The notes under the pieces were generated by a model. The model was not told the origin of the DNA. It searched no databases and saw only the letters and a list, made by a program, of their open reading frames with translations. Positions 37,390-50,389 of a DNA stretch of 64,000 bases are shown here, in pieces (the stretch's first letter is position 1; every line of letters begins with the position of its first letter). The DNA comes from Anthoceros angustus (Eukaryota; Plantae; Anthocerotophyta). Position numbers and translations under genes: made by a program. Location of the stretch: NCBI GenBank assembly GCA_010909165.1, contig VJWM01000151.1, positions 310,001 to 374,000 of the forward strand, in the 5' to 3' direction.

Positions 37390-38665
37390 ATATGGTCCAC
37401 CAGCGCCTCCTCTTACTCATCTATCCTGTGGTTGCAGCTGTATTGCTTTGCACGGGGAGTTTTTTGCTCCTCGTCTGGAGATGGAGGGTGTATTCCAGAA
37501 AGCACCAGCAAGATGCAGACTTGATTGCCATGCTGCTTGAGAGGGAAACCGTGACGGTGATGCCCCTTTGGAAACTCCACAGGGCCACCTCCAACTTTTC
37601 AGAGTCAGCCCAGATCGGAGTGGGCGGCTTCGGCACGGTCTACACTGGCAAGCTCGCTGATGGCACACAGGTAGCCATCAAGAAGGGCAAGCCTGAAGGC
37701 TCCCCTGAGTACAAGCAGCAGTTTCTCAATGAGGTCAGGATTCTGTCCGGAGTGTGGTGAAGCTGCTGGGCTGTTCCTTGGAGAACAAAATTGCTCTTCT
37801 TGTCTTCGAGTTTGTCGCCAACGGCACACTGCAGGAACACCTGCAAGGGAAGAGAGAAAGATTTTCTCCGCTGAGTTGGAGGCAACGCCTTCTTATAGCG
37901 GTTTAGACATCCGATGCCCTGGCGTATCTCCATTCTTCTGCCGACCCTCCCGTCTTCCATCGAGATGTCAAGTCTTCAAATATTCTCCTCGACGATGACC
38001 TCAATGCCAAGGTGGCAGATTTCGGCATCTCCAAGCTGGCTCCGAGGAAGGAAGCCACTCATATTTCCACAGTCGCAATGGGCACCATGGGCTACATCGA
38101 TCCGGATTACTATGTCAGCTTCCGGCTCACTCCCAAGAGCGATGTCTACAGCTTCGGCATTGTGCTGCTGGAACTCATGTCCGCAAAGCCTGCTGTTGAT
38201 TTTGAGAGAGGATATGACGAGGCTAGCTTGGCGAACCTGGCTTTTTCTGCTATGGACAGGGGGAACTGGGAAGGACTGATCGACCCTGTGTTGGCGGACA
38301 CATGTAGTTTAGCCAATGGGAAGGCATCCGTAGACTGTGTGGGCGCTGTGGCTGTCAGGTGCTTGGCCTTCAGATCCCGAAATCGTCCCGATGTGAGGCA
38401 GGTCTGGAAGGTGTTGCAAACCGTCTGGCTCCACTGGGAGACAGACGCCTGCTTCCGATTGGATCATGTCCGCCATGATCTGCAGCCGCAGAATGCTTAC
38501 TGTGATGTCAATTCTTTAGAGGACTGCATCTCTCCGCAACAAAGTTCTAACATTGTAGAAGCCAGTACCATGCAGTCAGTGAAAATGATCGGAATGGTAT
38601 GCTCAAAATTTCTTTCTCCTCTGCGTGACACAATATGCTTACAACCATCCGCACTGTATGATTAG
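37390..38665 (+). pseudogene. Duplicate TM-plus-WAKL-type kinase lacking a recognisable LRR ectodomain
   Basis: Paralog of 29440-30500. A 13-bp deletion (AAGCACCGACACT) at ~37757 shifts the frame. No LRR motifs in the preceding 1 kb. Confidence 0.8.
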
Positions 38666-40010
38666 CCAGAAACGCATCCGACTCATATTTACAATTAAAT
38701 CCGGCCTAACTGTGGACGGAAAATCTCTCGTCAGTGTCGTGCACTCTCACAGTCTCCACTGGCGTGATGGAGTCAGGTGCTGGATGACCAGATTGGTCAT
38801 CTGTGCACTGTCTAGGTCTGATAATTTTGTGGATGTGCTCCACCCGTTTCGAGGCCTTCCCTGAGCCTTCGGATAATTGGGCAAAGCCTGCATAGTTGTA
38901 CTTTGCCAGATTTCTTCCTAGCGTAAGCTGCACGACAGTATGATCCAGAGGCTGGAACGCGCAACAGCTTCCATCTGTAGAAACAGTTGCATCATGTCGC
39001 ATTGGAAGATGTCGAAGGCCAACACATTTCAGACTGAGGATCTGTTTACCAAACGGATCCTGCGGACCACATTGTCCAGCCTGTTTCTAGATCTGCTAGA
39101 TTTGTTTGGCTCTTGTTTACTTCTTCGTTTCTCCTCTTCCAGTTGTGGCCTTCATGCACACAAAACAAAGTGTGTTCCTTGCATGATGCTGCTGCAAATC
39201 CGAGACACTAGAATGTACAAAGGCATCAAGAAAACCAGGATGAAGCTGTTGACCTCAGAGTCTCAGACAGAGGACCACAAAGATTAAGGGCACAATGCTC
39301 CTAGGAATGCTCTTTAAAAGGTTTCCGAAAGATAAAATAGACAGAGGGAAGACCTCCTCAGCTCCAGCTTAGACTTGCCCATCCTCTTCATCACCCTCGC
39401 CTAGCTGACTTGGCCTTCCGATCCCTCTCTTCGTCCAGTCCACCTTTCACGGACTTGCAGTCACGTTTAAGCGTGAGCTTAAACGACTCCCCGTACCCGC
39501 AGTAGCCAGTCTCCTTGTAGTCTTTGCAAATATCTTGGGTGATCAACCTTCACAGACCATCTGAGAGCCGAAGATCCGAACGGCCTATGAGCACCCCAAT
39601 AATCCCTCTCAGAACAATTTTGCGGTCCGCACCGACTTCTTGAAGTGTGTAAGCGGCCGTCACCGGTAGACAAAGCTATCAGAACCGGTTACAATTGCAC
39701 TCAAAGAATCGCTGCTGTCGTCAACCCATAATCGTCTCAGCAAGCTCCGATGCCATCACGCCACTGGGCCTGCTCGTCCAAGCTTTCTGGCTCACGCAGA
39801 GCAGCCAGCTGGGCATTTAGCTCCTGGCGAGCAAACGTCTGCCGCCAGAGATTCACGCTGCTGGGCTGCACCGGTAGATTTCTTGCTTGGACATGCCTTT
39901 CGCCTGACAGGACATGGCTCCAGAGCATCAAAGAACCTTTCATGGTACATACGTGCACCTATCAAACTGGGCTTCCATACATAGGGCTGCATTCATCTTC
40001 GTCCACGCTT

Positions 40011-40560
40011 GAAATGCTTGCTGCTGCAGTAGTCACCTCAGCCAAGGCCAAGGACTGGTACCTGTCAGAGCTGCCCCGCAACCCAGTCATATTGCAAAGG
40101 GTGCAAGAGGACCTGGATCAAGTGGTGGGCAGGAAGGATCGTGACCGAGGCGGAGGTGCCCAAGTTCCCAACCTCCATCTGCCAGGCAGTGGTGAAAGAG
40201 CTTTCCGGCTGCACCCGCTTCCGCCTTTAATGAACCCGCATGAAAATATCCAGTCATCCCAGGTGGGTGGCTACAACATTCCTGCTGGAACCGACAACGT
40301 TGTAGAATGTCTGGCGCATCGTTGGCGCAGCTGTGGTGCGGGACAGCTTCAGTTCTGGAAAACGGATTTGCCCGGAATGAACCTGGCGCTGGCCATGTTG
40401 CACTACACACTGGCCAGGCATTTGCAAGCCTTTGATTGGGTACTCCCGGGTGGCCAGGCTCCTCATAATTTGGGCATGAAGGAGAGATTCAGGCTCATCA
40501 CCGTGTCTCGAGCCACTCCCTTCCTGGCTGTGCCGCAACCGAGCCTCGATCCCAAATCTC
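40011..40560 (+). pseudogene. Cytochrome P450 (CYP71-clan-like) C-terminal fragment
   Basis: I-helix 'EMLAAAVVTSA', 'FRLHPLPPLMNPHE...VGGYNIPAGT', heme motif FSSGKRIC(PG) read across a frameshift, and 'QAFDW'. The PERF region is deleted. Confidence 0.85.
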
Positions 40561-40730
40561 TCTCAGTGCTTCTTCTCCTTCTGGTTCCATGCTGTTCCCC
40601 AAGTCCTGCATTTCAGATGAAGCTGAACACCAGGTCCCAAGCAGGTCTCTCCAAAATGATCCGAGCCCTGGTCTACATCTGCGGTGTTGCCCAAGCTTCG
40701 AAGATATTGAACACGTCGAATGCCATGATG

Positions 40731-42006
40731 TCAACTTTGCAGGGGCAACAATTGCAGAGTTCTGGAGAAGAGAAGTTTGCTACCCACGATTGCAGCAATC
40801 ATACAAGTGAGGACCGAGGTACCCAGCCCTACATTTAGCATTTGGATCTGCAGCTGCACAGCATCAAGAGGAGGCGTGCCCCCGAGAATCATCCCTGTCA
40901 TGACACCAGGCATGGAGACCAGACCCATGGTCTTCAGAGCATCGAGCTGAGGAGCCAAGCCCAGGGCCAGAGCTCTCTTCACGTGGGGCTGGATGGCCTG
41001 CTGGGGAGTCGCACCCAAGGCCAGGGCAACCTCAATCTGAAACAGACGGCACCATCTATCACTGAAAACCCTTGGTGAAGGGAACCATGCATACGCGTGC
41101 TGCACAGGAGTGTAGTACCACAAACCTGCTTTTCATGGGTAGACACTTCGTGATGGAGGGTGTCCAGAGTCATGCCAACCATGATCATGGCCATCCCGAG
41201 GAAATGAGCTACAGCAGGAACGACAAAGCCCACCGAACGAGGGAACACCTGCAGCGCCACCGTGCATGCCACTGGCAACAGCGAACCCAGCGTCAAGGAC
41301 ACCACCCCGACCAGATGGCTTTTCGGAAACTTGGAAGCCCTTTCACCAACAATGTGGCCAGCCACCAGAACCTGCAGAGTCACTCAATGTCATGAAAAGA
41401 ACTCGAAGACAGAAGTTCACAGCACCTAACAAGGAAGCTGTCCATCCCAAGTGCTCCAACTTCTCACCATTGCAAGCACAGACAGTGCACCCAACACTCT
41501 GCGATCTCCATCCAGCATGTACTTCAAAGTAGAGGAAAGAATCAGCAGCTGTGCTGTGCTCCGGGCCACCGCCACCTTGATGTCCTCCTCAAGACCCGTC
41601 TTCAACACGGTGGACACCGTGACAGCCAGAGCCACGGGCGCCGCACCAGCCACGAAGGTGCTCCAAGCCGAGGGCGACAGCAGCACCTGCCGCGCATTCC
41701 GTATGGCCACAACCTAACCAATTTCCAGGAAGGAAGCAGAGTGTCAATCAAGCCCTTCCCGCCATCCGTCCTCTGAGTCATCAGGACCAGACTCCAACAC
41801 GAAGAATCGACTGCGCGAGACAGACTCACCACCGCACCCTTCACAGCCGATGTCGCCGATACCAGACGCACGCATGCGCGAATCCGCCTGCTCGAAGGCC
41901 TGCCCCGGGCTACCAGAACCTTCCATGTCACGTGGCCGAGCCTGAAAGACGGAGATGGTCTCGTTGCTCCAACTGCAGAGCAGGGCCAGGTTGCCACATC
42001 CGCCAT
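40731..42006 (-). CDS. ALS3: ALS3/STAR2-like ABC transporter membrane subunit (UPF0014); exons 42006-41830, 41713-41468, 41371-41126, 41036-40731
   Basis: 'IEVALALGATPQQA..VKRAL..L.P.LD..KTMGLVSMPG.MTGMILGG..PL.A.QLQI' is strongly ALS3-like. All inferred introns are GT-AG and phase 0, with exon lengths 177/246/246/306. Confidence 0.88.
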
Positions 42007-45000
42007 AGCCGGCCAGAAACCATCCGATTCGACGAAACGCTCGATTGTCAATCCCTTGCTCGAATGCTGAGAGTTGAGACCTGAGTCGTGGAAAGTAGCA
42101 CCTGACTGACTACCTAGTCCTACTACTTGTCGAATTTCCACCCCGACGTGCTAAATGCTTGAGATAGAGAACTCCGTGATTAAGCCCCTTGGGCTCGATC
42201 AGTACTGGGATGGGGAGCGAGAAGTCACTGTTCCCTTGGGTGGGTTGCTCTTGTTCACTGTTCATAGGGCATGGCACATGACGTATGGCCATTGCACATG
42301 ATGTATGGAGAAGAAGAAGAAGAATTTTATTTAAGTCCACTATGGATGGATTTTCAGTCATAGGACTTGGTACTTAATAACTTGTACCATGGTGTGCCTA
42401 AGCTACTTGCACCAAGGGCATTCATTCCCTTTAAGCACCCCATCTAAGTATCGCTCTAAGCGCAGGATGCTTAATAACGACGTTCTTATAAATGTGTGTC
42501 CATTTGGCCTAAGCCATTTGGACACTCATTTATGGGCCATGGAAAGATCGTGCCATATGGCCATGGGAAGAAGCTTTGGCATGGGCATCCACATGACTTA
42601 TGGGAACCGGAAAAGGCCTTTCTGGGCGAGTTCCCGAATGGTGGGCCCCATTGTTTAGTGCGGGTGTCCACATGGTGTTTAAGGCAAGATAGCCTTTGCA
42701 CATGTTACTATGTCTAGGTATTCCTAAAGCAACCCGATGTTTTCATTTACGTCTTTTTAGTGCAAATAAAAATCATTATCTCAGAAGTGTTTTCATTTAG
42801 GTTGGTTTAGAATACAACCTAATGTTGTCATTTACATATGTTGGTTTAGAATGTAGTGGGTATGAATTGTGATAAAATAAAAAATAAAAATAATATAGTG
42901 GGTATTAGTAACGTGGTCTTCTTCATACGTAGTATGTACAACTCAAATTATCTTTCAAATGCCCCCTCAGGGTTAAGTGGGTGACATGAATTTCCTTTCA
43001 TGTAGCTCAAGTTCATTCTTCTAGTGTCTCGGTGAGGAACGTATCTTTTCCTTTAGAGGATCAATTTCTTTTTTGTTTCCCTCCATACAATTCAAATTCT
43101 TTCTTGCTTCTTTCATACACCTCAAATGTTTTCTTGTTTTCCTTCATACTAGTAGAAATCTAAAGAATTTTGACAAGAAATCTCTAATAACTAAAAAGTC
43201 CATGTAAGGCAAAGGCCATGTAGGCTAAAGGCCAAGGCCAAGTAAATTACATGATTAGACTAAGAACTAAAGTATATTTAAGTTATTTTTTTTAAGTTAG
43301 TTTATGTAGTGCCTATATTATACAATTATACTAAATAGCTTTGAGTGCAAAACTATTGTTTGTGGATCCATGTTGTATGCTATGTATATTCAGTGCTAGG
43401 CTAGTGTCTTTGTGAGTGTCACTCCGTACCATGCTTCAATTGTGTTGTATTGGGTTTGTAAGTGTCATGACCCATCTTGCATTTATTGTAACATTGGGGT
43501 TTGTAAATATTCCTTACTTAAAGAGCTTCTCATTTTCTAACATCTCGAGAACCCATGAGAGCTTCGAGATCAAAGAATGGGGGAGAGGGCTAAGTGCCCA
43601 AACTCGTGTGTATTGATCACCAACACTATGTAATCTAATTCTCTTGTAAGCTTGTTATCCATTGTATGAGCTCTTACAGATATTCCAAGTGTCCTAGCTA
43701 AGACCATCAAAGTTTAACCCCTCTTTTTGCCTCCTCTTCAATAAAAAAATTGGTGTGAGAAGAAATTGTGTTACAGTTGTCTTTCGTGGAGAATTCCGCC
43801 CTCCATATTATAGAAAAAAAAATTAAAAATTTTTAACCATTATATCAGGTCCCAACCAAGAAGAATCTTTAAAAAAAACTTTATTAGCCTCTCAAGAAAT
43901 GGATGCCATTACTATGTGCATACTGATCCGATGGTTCATATTTTTTATGCGATGGAAAGGTCTTTTCTTGGATTATGTGACCTATACTTTTTAGGGAAAA
44001 CTAATATTTTAATTATTATGATTTATATGTTATTTTAGTTTTTGAAAAATAATATGGCATATAGTCTAAGAAAGGGCCTTTTCAAGACACTAAACAATTA
44101 GAGCATCGGCTGAGTAACAAGGTAATAATAACTTTTATTTTATGAAGGGTTTGTGAGTTTTTTAAAAGATGTTTTTACATTTTGAAGAGATATATTGATC
44201 AAAAGTTTTCAGTTATTTTTTATGACATAGAGGATATAAATTTTCATAAAAGATAACCTCCGGTCATATAAAAATTATACACAATATTAAAGAAACATAA
44301 TTTCGATTTGAGTGGGTTGAACATAACGGGATTGAACTACTACTATAGAGCATTAATTGCAAGACCACGAGGACGCCTTGGGGAGGGAAGACATATATGA
44401 AGAAATGGTACTTGTTGGTTTGCTTCCCATCCACGCTAGTGTACATGGAACTCTGGCACTTCCATAACACCAAGTGAGTGTGGCGCCATAGCATGCGTCA
44501 TAAGGCGAGTTCCACTTGCCATGCTTTATTCCAAATGATGTGAATGTCCAAGGCTTCCCACACTCGGGCATGACATGCTTCCTGGCCACTCGGCCACAAG
44601 CACTAGTGTGTTAGAATCAGTAATGTGATCACTCGAAAATTAAGGCCTAGGTGATTCGTGGTACAGTATGCCAAGGCACAACAAAAGCTTGTTCTTCGCA
44701 TTGCCTGCATGATCAGGTGTACGCAATGAATAATGCAACTTCCACTGCTGGTGGAAGTTGCATCGCCTAAAACGGGTAGAGTTTGTGGCCCTCAGAACTT
44801 TCGTTCAACGGAGAGAGCTGAGTATCCTTCTCAAAGAGCAACCAGGGCGTGTAGAGGAAGAGTTGGCAATTAGAGTTGTATCAGCACAAGCCCGCTTGAC
44901 CGACGAGGAGGAGAAGTTTGCGGAAGTAGGCCTTCGCACTTGGAAGTGCAGAGAAGAGGTTCACCAGGTCACCGTGGAGCCCTCGCAAGTAGAGGAGGAT

Positions 45001-45164
45001 GAAACAGTAGAGGATGCATCTGAGCATTGTACGTCGATCGATTCATGTCGCCTGAACCCCGACGGCCGACTGCACTCCTTGTATGGTCTCCAAGAGGGGC
45101 ATTGTAATGAGCTATAACGAGGAGAAGTGAAGCGTTTCTGTGGAGATTTGGAGAGTTCGTTCGT

Positions 45165-47485
45165 TCACGAAGACGGCTTGGAGTTGGAGCTGGAGCTGGA
45201 GGAGTCGCGGGGCACGACGGAGGCGGTGGAGGCGGCGAAGGGATTGCGGACGGGCTGGGGCGCGATGAGTTCGTCGATCCCGCGGCGGACATGGCCGTCG
45301 CTGCGGCCGGAGATCTGGCCGAAGGCCTCGACGACCTCGCCGGCCGAGGGCCGCCGGGAAGGGTCTGGGGACAGGCACACCAGCACCAGCTTGAGAGCGA
45401 GCATGGCCTCCCGCTCCTGGTCAGGGGTGAGCCGGCCGCCATCCCTAAGCCGGGGGTCGATGGCCTCGTCCAGCTTCTTCTCCCGCGCCAGATATACCAG
45501 CCACGACCGCAAACCCTCGGGGAAGTTGAGTTGGAAGAAAGAGCTGGACGGGAGCTTGCCGGTGAAGAGCGCGGCCATGGTGATTCCGAAGCTGTAGATG
45601 TCGCTCGGCGGGGAGAACTTGGACGTCTGGTGGTACTCCGGCGCGATGAACCCAACCGTCCCCGCCACGTTGCTGGAAGCATGCGAACGCCCGTCCGGCA
45701 AAATCTTGGCCAGCCCGAAGTCCCCGATGTGCGCCTCGAACTTGTCGTCCAGCAGAATGTTCCCCGGCTTGATGTCCCGGTGCACAACCTTGGGGCGACA
45801 CTGCACGTGCAGGTACTCGAGCCCGGCCGCCGTCCCCTGCGCTATCCTCAGCCGGCACGGCCAGTCCATCACCAGCTCCCCGGCTGCCGCCTTGCTCAGC
45901 GCGGACTGCAGGCTCCCGTTCTCCATGAACTCGTACACCAGCAGATGGTCCTCCTGGCTTGCGACATACGCCAGCAACCTTACCAGGTTCCGGTGTCGGA
46001 TCGCGCCGAGGGAGTCGAGCTCGGACTGGATTTGCCTCTGCTCGGCCCCAAGGCGCGGCCCGCGACGGCGGAGCGGCGACCACATTGGCGACCGCGCGCC
46101 GTGCCGGTAGTCCGCGGGCCCGGACTCTGCCCGCTGCACCGCCACCAGCTTGATGGCCACCGGGAGGTCGCCCGGCTGCAGGACCGCCTTGAACACCTGC
46201 CCGCTTCCGCCATGGCCGAGCAGCTCCGCGCCCTGCAGGGCATCGGGCTCCTGCAGCGAGGCCAGCATCTTCGGCGAGACTACCTTGTTGAAGGTGATCG
46301 GTCCTTGCGTTGCATTCGGCTTCCTCCTCAGGTACAGCAAGAAGCGAAGAAGCGTGGCAACCATAGCCGCAGCTACGGCCCCGGCCAACAGCCCTAGCGC
46401 CAGCCCCAGCCCCCATCGCTGCGCGGCCGACCGCTGCTTCCGCCTCGGGAGCGGACCGGGCGGTGCTGCGTCGGTAGCGGGCGCCGGGGCGACTCCGAGT
46501 CCGCGGTCCCAGGACCGCGCGCGGGAGGCGAAGGCGGGTCCGCGATCCCAGGACCGGACGTCGGGGGAGACACAGGGGTCGCAGGACCGGGGGCTTCCTG
46601 GAGCCGTACGGCGCGGCCATGGCGGGAGCGAGGACGCAGGCGGGCCTTCCATCCGAGATGCACAATCGAGGCCGAGGTCGAGGCCAAGACGTTGACATTA
46701 GGAAGGCGGTGGTACCGGCCAGTGGTATCATGAATCCGCGCCGCCGTCGCTGCTTCCAGGCTGTTTCCTTCGAGGTTGATGGAGGCCAGGCGTTTGCAGC
46801 TCGCGAGTCCCAAGGGAATTGGGCCTGAGAGGTGGTTGCTCGACAGATCCAGCTCCTCCAGCTCCTTGCCCGCCGATGCTCCAGGCTCCGCAGATCCGAA
46901 CAATGCGGCCAGGCCGCCGACGAGATTGTTGTTGCCGAGGGCGAGATGTCGGAGCCGGGGGAGGCGCGCCAGGAAGCCGTCCGGGATCGGACCGGAAAAG
47001 AAGTTCCCGGAAAGATCGAGGAGGACGAGCTGGTGAGGCTGGCCGAGGGAGTCTCCGAAGAGGGCGTCCAAACCGCCGGCGAGGCGGCTGTTCCGGAGGT
47101 TGAGACGTCTCAGTGCAGGGAGGGACGGGAGGAGGCCGGGGGGGAGGGGGCCGGAGAGGGAGGTAGAATCCAGCTCCAGGGACTCCAGCTCCGAGAGTTG
47201 GGTGATGGCGGAAGGGACGGGGCCGGTGAGCCCGGGGTGGTGGAGAGAGAGGCTCACCACTCGTCCGTTCCGGCAGCCTACTCCCGCCCAGGAGCAAGGG
47301 TTGTCACCTGCCCAATCCCCCAGCACGGGGTCAGAATCCGCCATGGCCGCCTTCACCTCCAGCAGCGCCTGCGCATCTTGCTTGAGCCTGTTACGGCCGT
47401 GGAGGAGGGAGTTAGGGTTGAGGTAGAGGTAGCAGAGGGAAATGACGAGGGAGAGCTTGAGCCACTTCCATCCCTCGTCGCCCAT
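45165..47485 (-). CDS. SOBIR1: SOBIR1-like LRR receptor kinase, intronless; one apparent 1-bp frameshift in the juxtamembrane region
   Basis: Signal/LRRNT region 'WKWLKLSLVISLCYLYL..DAQALL..NPCSWAGVGC', few LRRs, a Pro-rich stalk, TM 'WGLGLALGLLAGAVAAAMVATLL', then 'GPITF..LASL..A....LLGHGGSGQVFKA', 'RQIQSELDSLGAIRHRNL' and 'TGKLPSSSFFQ'. The frames join if C4 (plus-strand GGGG, 46486-46489) is C5. Confidence 0.8.
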
Positions 47486-48288
47486 CTGGAAGCCCGTCTC
47501 CGCTGGCATCCGGGGGCGACAAGGAGGGGCGGGAGGAAAGCCTCGAGGAGAAGAGGAGGGAGCTGGAAGTGTGAAGATGTGAAGCTAATATCTGCCTCCC
47601 CCAAAAGAGATCAGCAGGAGGGTAAAGCATCGCTACCTTCGACGCTGCCCTGTTCCCGGAAATAACCCGGTTTCGGACACGAATCCCGCACGCATTGGAT
47701 GACGGCCCAGCTACCAGACAACCACGGCGACTCAGGTCAGGAGCGGACGAACCTGACATGGGTAGGTCAGCAGTTCCCCGCACTGCGTGCAGAACTACCT
47801 TCGAAAAATTGCTTGTTCTTCTTCTTCAAGAATTGTTTTCCGCCTTCTTTGACGGCTGGATCGACACTGCAGGTGTCCCGAAGCACGAGAGGAACGTCCT
47901 GTATACGCTAGAGCACTAGACGACACACAGGGACAGGGTGATGAGCAGTAGCCACACAAATCCAGAATGCTAGTGCGAAGGACGCAAGTCCAAGTCAAGA
48001 CAAGAGGGCACACGACAGGGTATGGAGTATAGAGAGTGGCAAGGGAATCGGAACTTAGAATTGAGATGGGGAACATTCGGCTAGAGTACTGTACGTATTA
48101 TTTATGTACTCCGAAATGTGGGCTGAACTGATTCTCCCGGAGAGCAAGCCAGTCTCTCGGCATTCAGAGAGGCTGCTGAAAGACACCAGAACTTAAACTC
48201 AGCAGTGAACGAGTAGGAATGGACAATTCGGGTGGCTGGTGATGCACGAACCTGAGGAAAGAAAGGGAAAATGTTTGTGGTAGTATAG

Positions 48289-50389
48289 CTACGAAGGTGT
48301 CTTGGGCTGGGTGGAAAACAGAAATCCTTTACCGGGGTCGACGGTGGACTTCTTGGTGGAGACGTAGGAGACGACCACTGTGATGTCGTCCATTTTCCCA
48401 CCGTAGAACCGGATACCGGCGTCTTGGGCGGCAGCAGAGAAAGGTGTCTGCCTGTTCCTGTCTTGGGCTCGGTCCCTGGCCAAGGCGGCTATTCTCTGAG
48501 CTGTCACCTGGGGGTCTGCACCACCTCGAGTAGACTGCATTACGACGCTTGTCAACTCCGTGTCGTAAAGGTTGTCGAAGACACCGTCTGTGCCGGCAAC
48601 GATCACATCCCCTGCTGCCACAGGTACAGAGAATTCCTGCACACAGTTGTTGGGAGTCAGGCCTGATATTGGGCATGGCTAATGGTAGGACAGACTTCTC
48701 CCTCATCTTCTCTAGGGGACCCAAGGGAAAGCAGAGGCAAAAGCAGTGGCAAGGTTATCCACCTCTGCGGCACTGGGCGGGTCACTGCCACCGCTTTCCA
48801 GTTGGAAGGGGATGTTGAACTGATGCTGCTGTGGAGGAGACTTGAAGATAGTGCGCCCATTTCTCACCACCACGAAGCCACTGTCTCCCAGATTTGCTGC
48901 TTGCAATCCCTGTTACAACAGACAAACAGTGAGGTCAGTTTACAAAGTGTTAATCCCGGGTGTGGAAGCCCAGTGTTGCCATGAGAAGGAGAAGATCTTG
49001 AGCAATAACTACCTCGTTTGAGAGTGCAAGAATGCAGGCAGTAGATGATCCCCTGCATTTTGTCCTTGAATGAGCAGTTGCCATGACCCTGGCAGGATCC
49101 ACATAGCCATGTGGCTCTTGGCCCACTGCAATCGTCGCCTGTTTCATCAGCTCCCTGGCATATTCCCCAGCATCAACACCCACATCCGCCCATCCGCCAA
49201 CACCATCAGCAACTCCGACCACCGGTGCGTCAGAGCAGATGAAGTATGCATCCTCGCCACCTGTTTTCATCTTCTCAGGATGGGGCAAGCAACAGGCTCC
49301 CGAAAATAACCTCAGATTGTTTGTGTCCACCGACGTCCTGCATGAGATACAAGTCCCATTCCCAGTGAACAAAAGAATCGATTCTCCGCTGCACAGAAAA
49401 GTTATTTGCATTCCTCCAGGGTTTGACCTCTACCATGACAACGGTTCAGTGCATCACACAGCACCATCTAGTGGGAAACACAGATCAACTGGAGACACTT
49501 ACGGTTCTTGTGGAGGACTCGAGTCCTGGTTCCCATCGTCGTGATTCCCATCCATTCCCATGCCCGGAGCAGCAGCCAACTCTGCTCCAGAGGTAGCATC
49601 TTGAAGACATCTCACAAACGCAAGATCCGCAGCTGGCAGACCTGGTGCTAGGCGAAAAAAATGATAAGCAACAGAAGTGCGCAACACATGCCGAAACGCC
49701 GATGCTCCGCCAGTAAACAATCCGTCTCCATATTTCCTATCCCCATGGCTGCTCCCACTCCTGATCCTAAACTCACTGCCCCTGCCCAAGGGCTCCTCCT
49801 CTTCTCGAGAGGTGCCACCAGCTTGCAAGGAACAAACCGTCATCCCATCCCCAAATCGAAACCGACAATCCAACTCCAAATCCTCCCTCCCAAACCAGCC
49901 ATTTCTCCTCCACACACCCTCGTTCCCGACAGCGCACTGAAAAAGGGACACCCCTGGCCCCTTCACCCTACTAACTCCAACGACCCCATCCCTAGCCGCA
50001 TCCAGGCTCAGCTCGGCATGCACTCTCGGACCCATCCCCGAACCCTTCTCCAACAAATCGCTCCTCCCAGCCTGCTGATAGCCGCAGGCAGGCCACACCG
50101 TGCCATGGGCAGACGGTGTGGCAAAAACACGGGCAAAGGCTTCCGAGATGGAGAGAGCCGTCTTACTAACCGACGACACCTCAGGAATAGGTTTAGCTCC
50201 CCCGGATGCTGCACTCACACGGAATGGCCACAAAGATGCCAAGAACGCAGCCGGCGTGCCGCCTTCTGCCTGCCACGACAACAACCCACTTCTGTCCGCA
50301 AAACCCTTCACCCCAGGGTTGCTTCCCAACTGCTGTCGGACAGCTGCGGCGCCTGCTTTGAGATTCCGGATGCTGTCCAAGGTGGGCAT
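48289..50389 (-). CDS. PTC7-type protein phosphatase 2C (PP2C55/PP2C80-like); exons 50389-49503, 49337-49013, 48909-48763, 48636-48289
   Basis: '[28 protein letters not shown]', 'ANLGDSGF', '[10 protein letters not shown]', '[12 protein letters not shown]'. Phase-consistent GT-AG introns; the start codon is less certain. Confidence 0.9.

Larger units (their letters stand above)
29440..42050. repeat. Segmental duplication: ~29440-32150 versus ~37410-42050
   Basis: Colinear homology of TM-kinase, downstream spacer and ALS3 5' region. The second copy additionally holds the P450 fragment and the full ALS3 body. Confidence 0.85.

Noticed and set aside
39750-40838. 362-aa ORF as a real gene
   Set aside because: Chance read-through of a frameshifted P450 fragment plus the antisense of the ALS3 3' end.
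42100-44700. Genes in the AT-rich spacer between ALS3 and SOBIR1
   Set aside because: Only short ORFs without recognisable motifs; probably decayed TE sequence that I cannot classify.
46394-46710. Programmed ribosomal frameshift in SOBIR1
   Set aside because: No slippery heptamer, and the same one-base-short pattern recurs across the window as a likely sequencing error.
45291-47665. Long plus-strand ORFs (368 aa, 277 aa) and the 428-aa alternative minus frame
   Set aside because: Shadow ORFs of the GC-rich SOBIR1 coding sequence with no domain signal.
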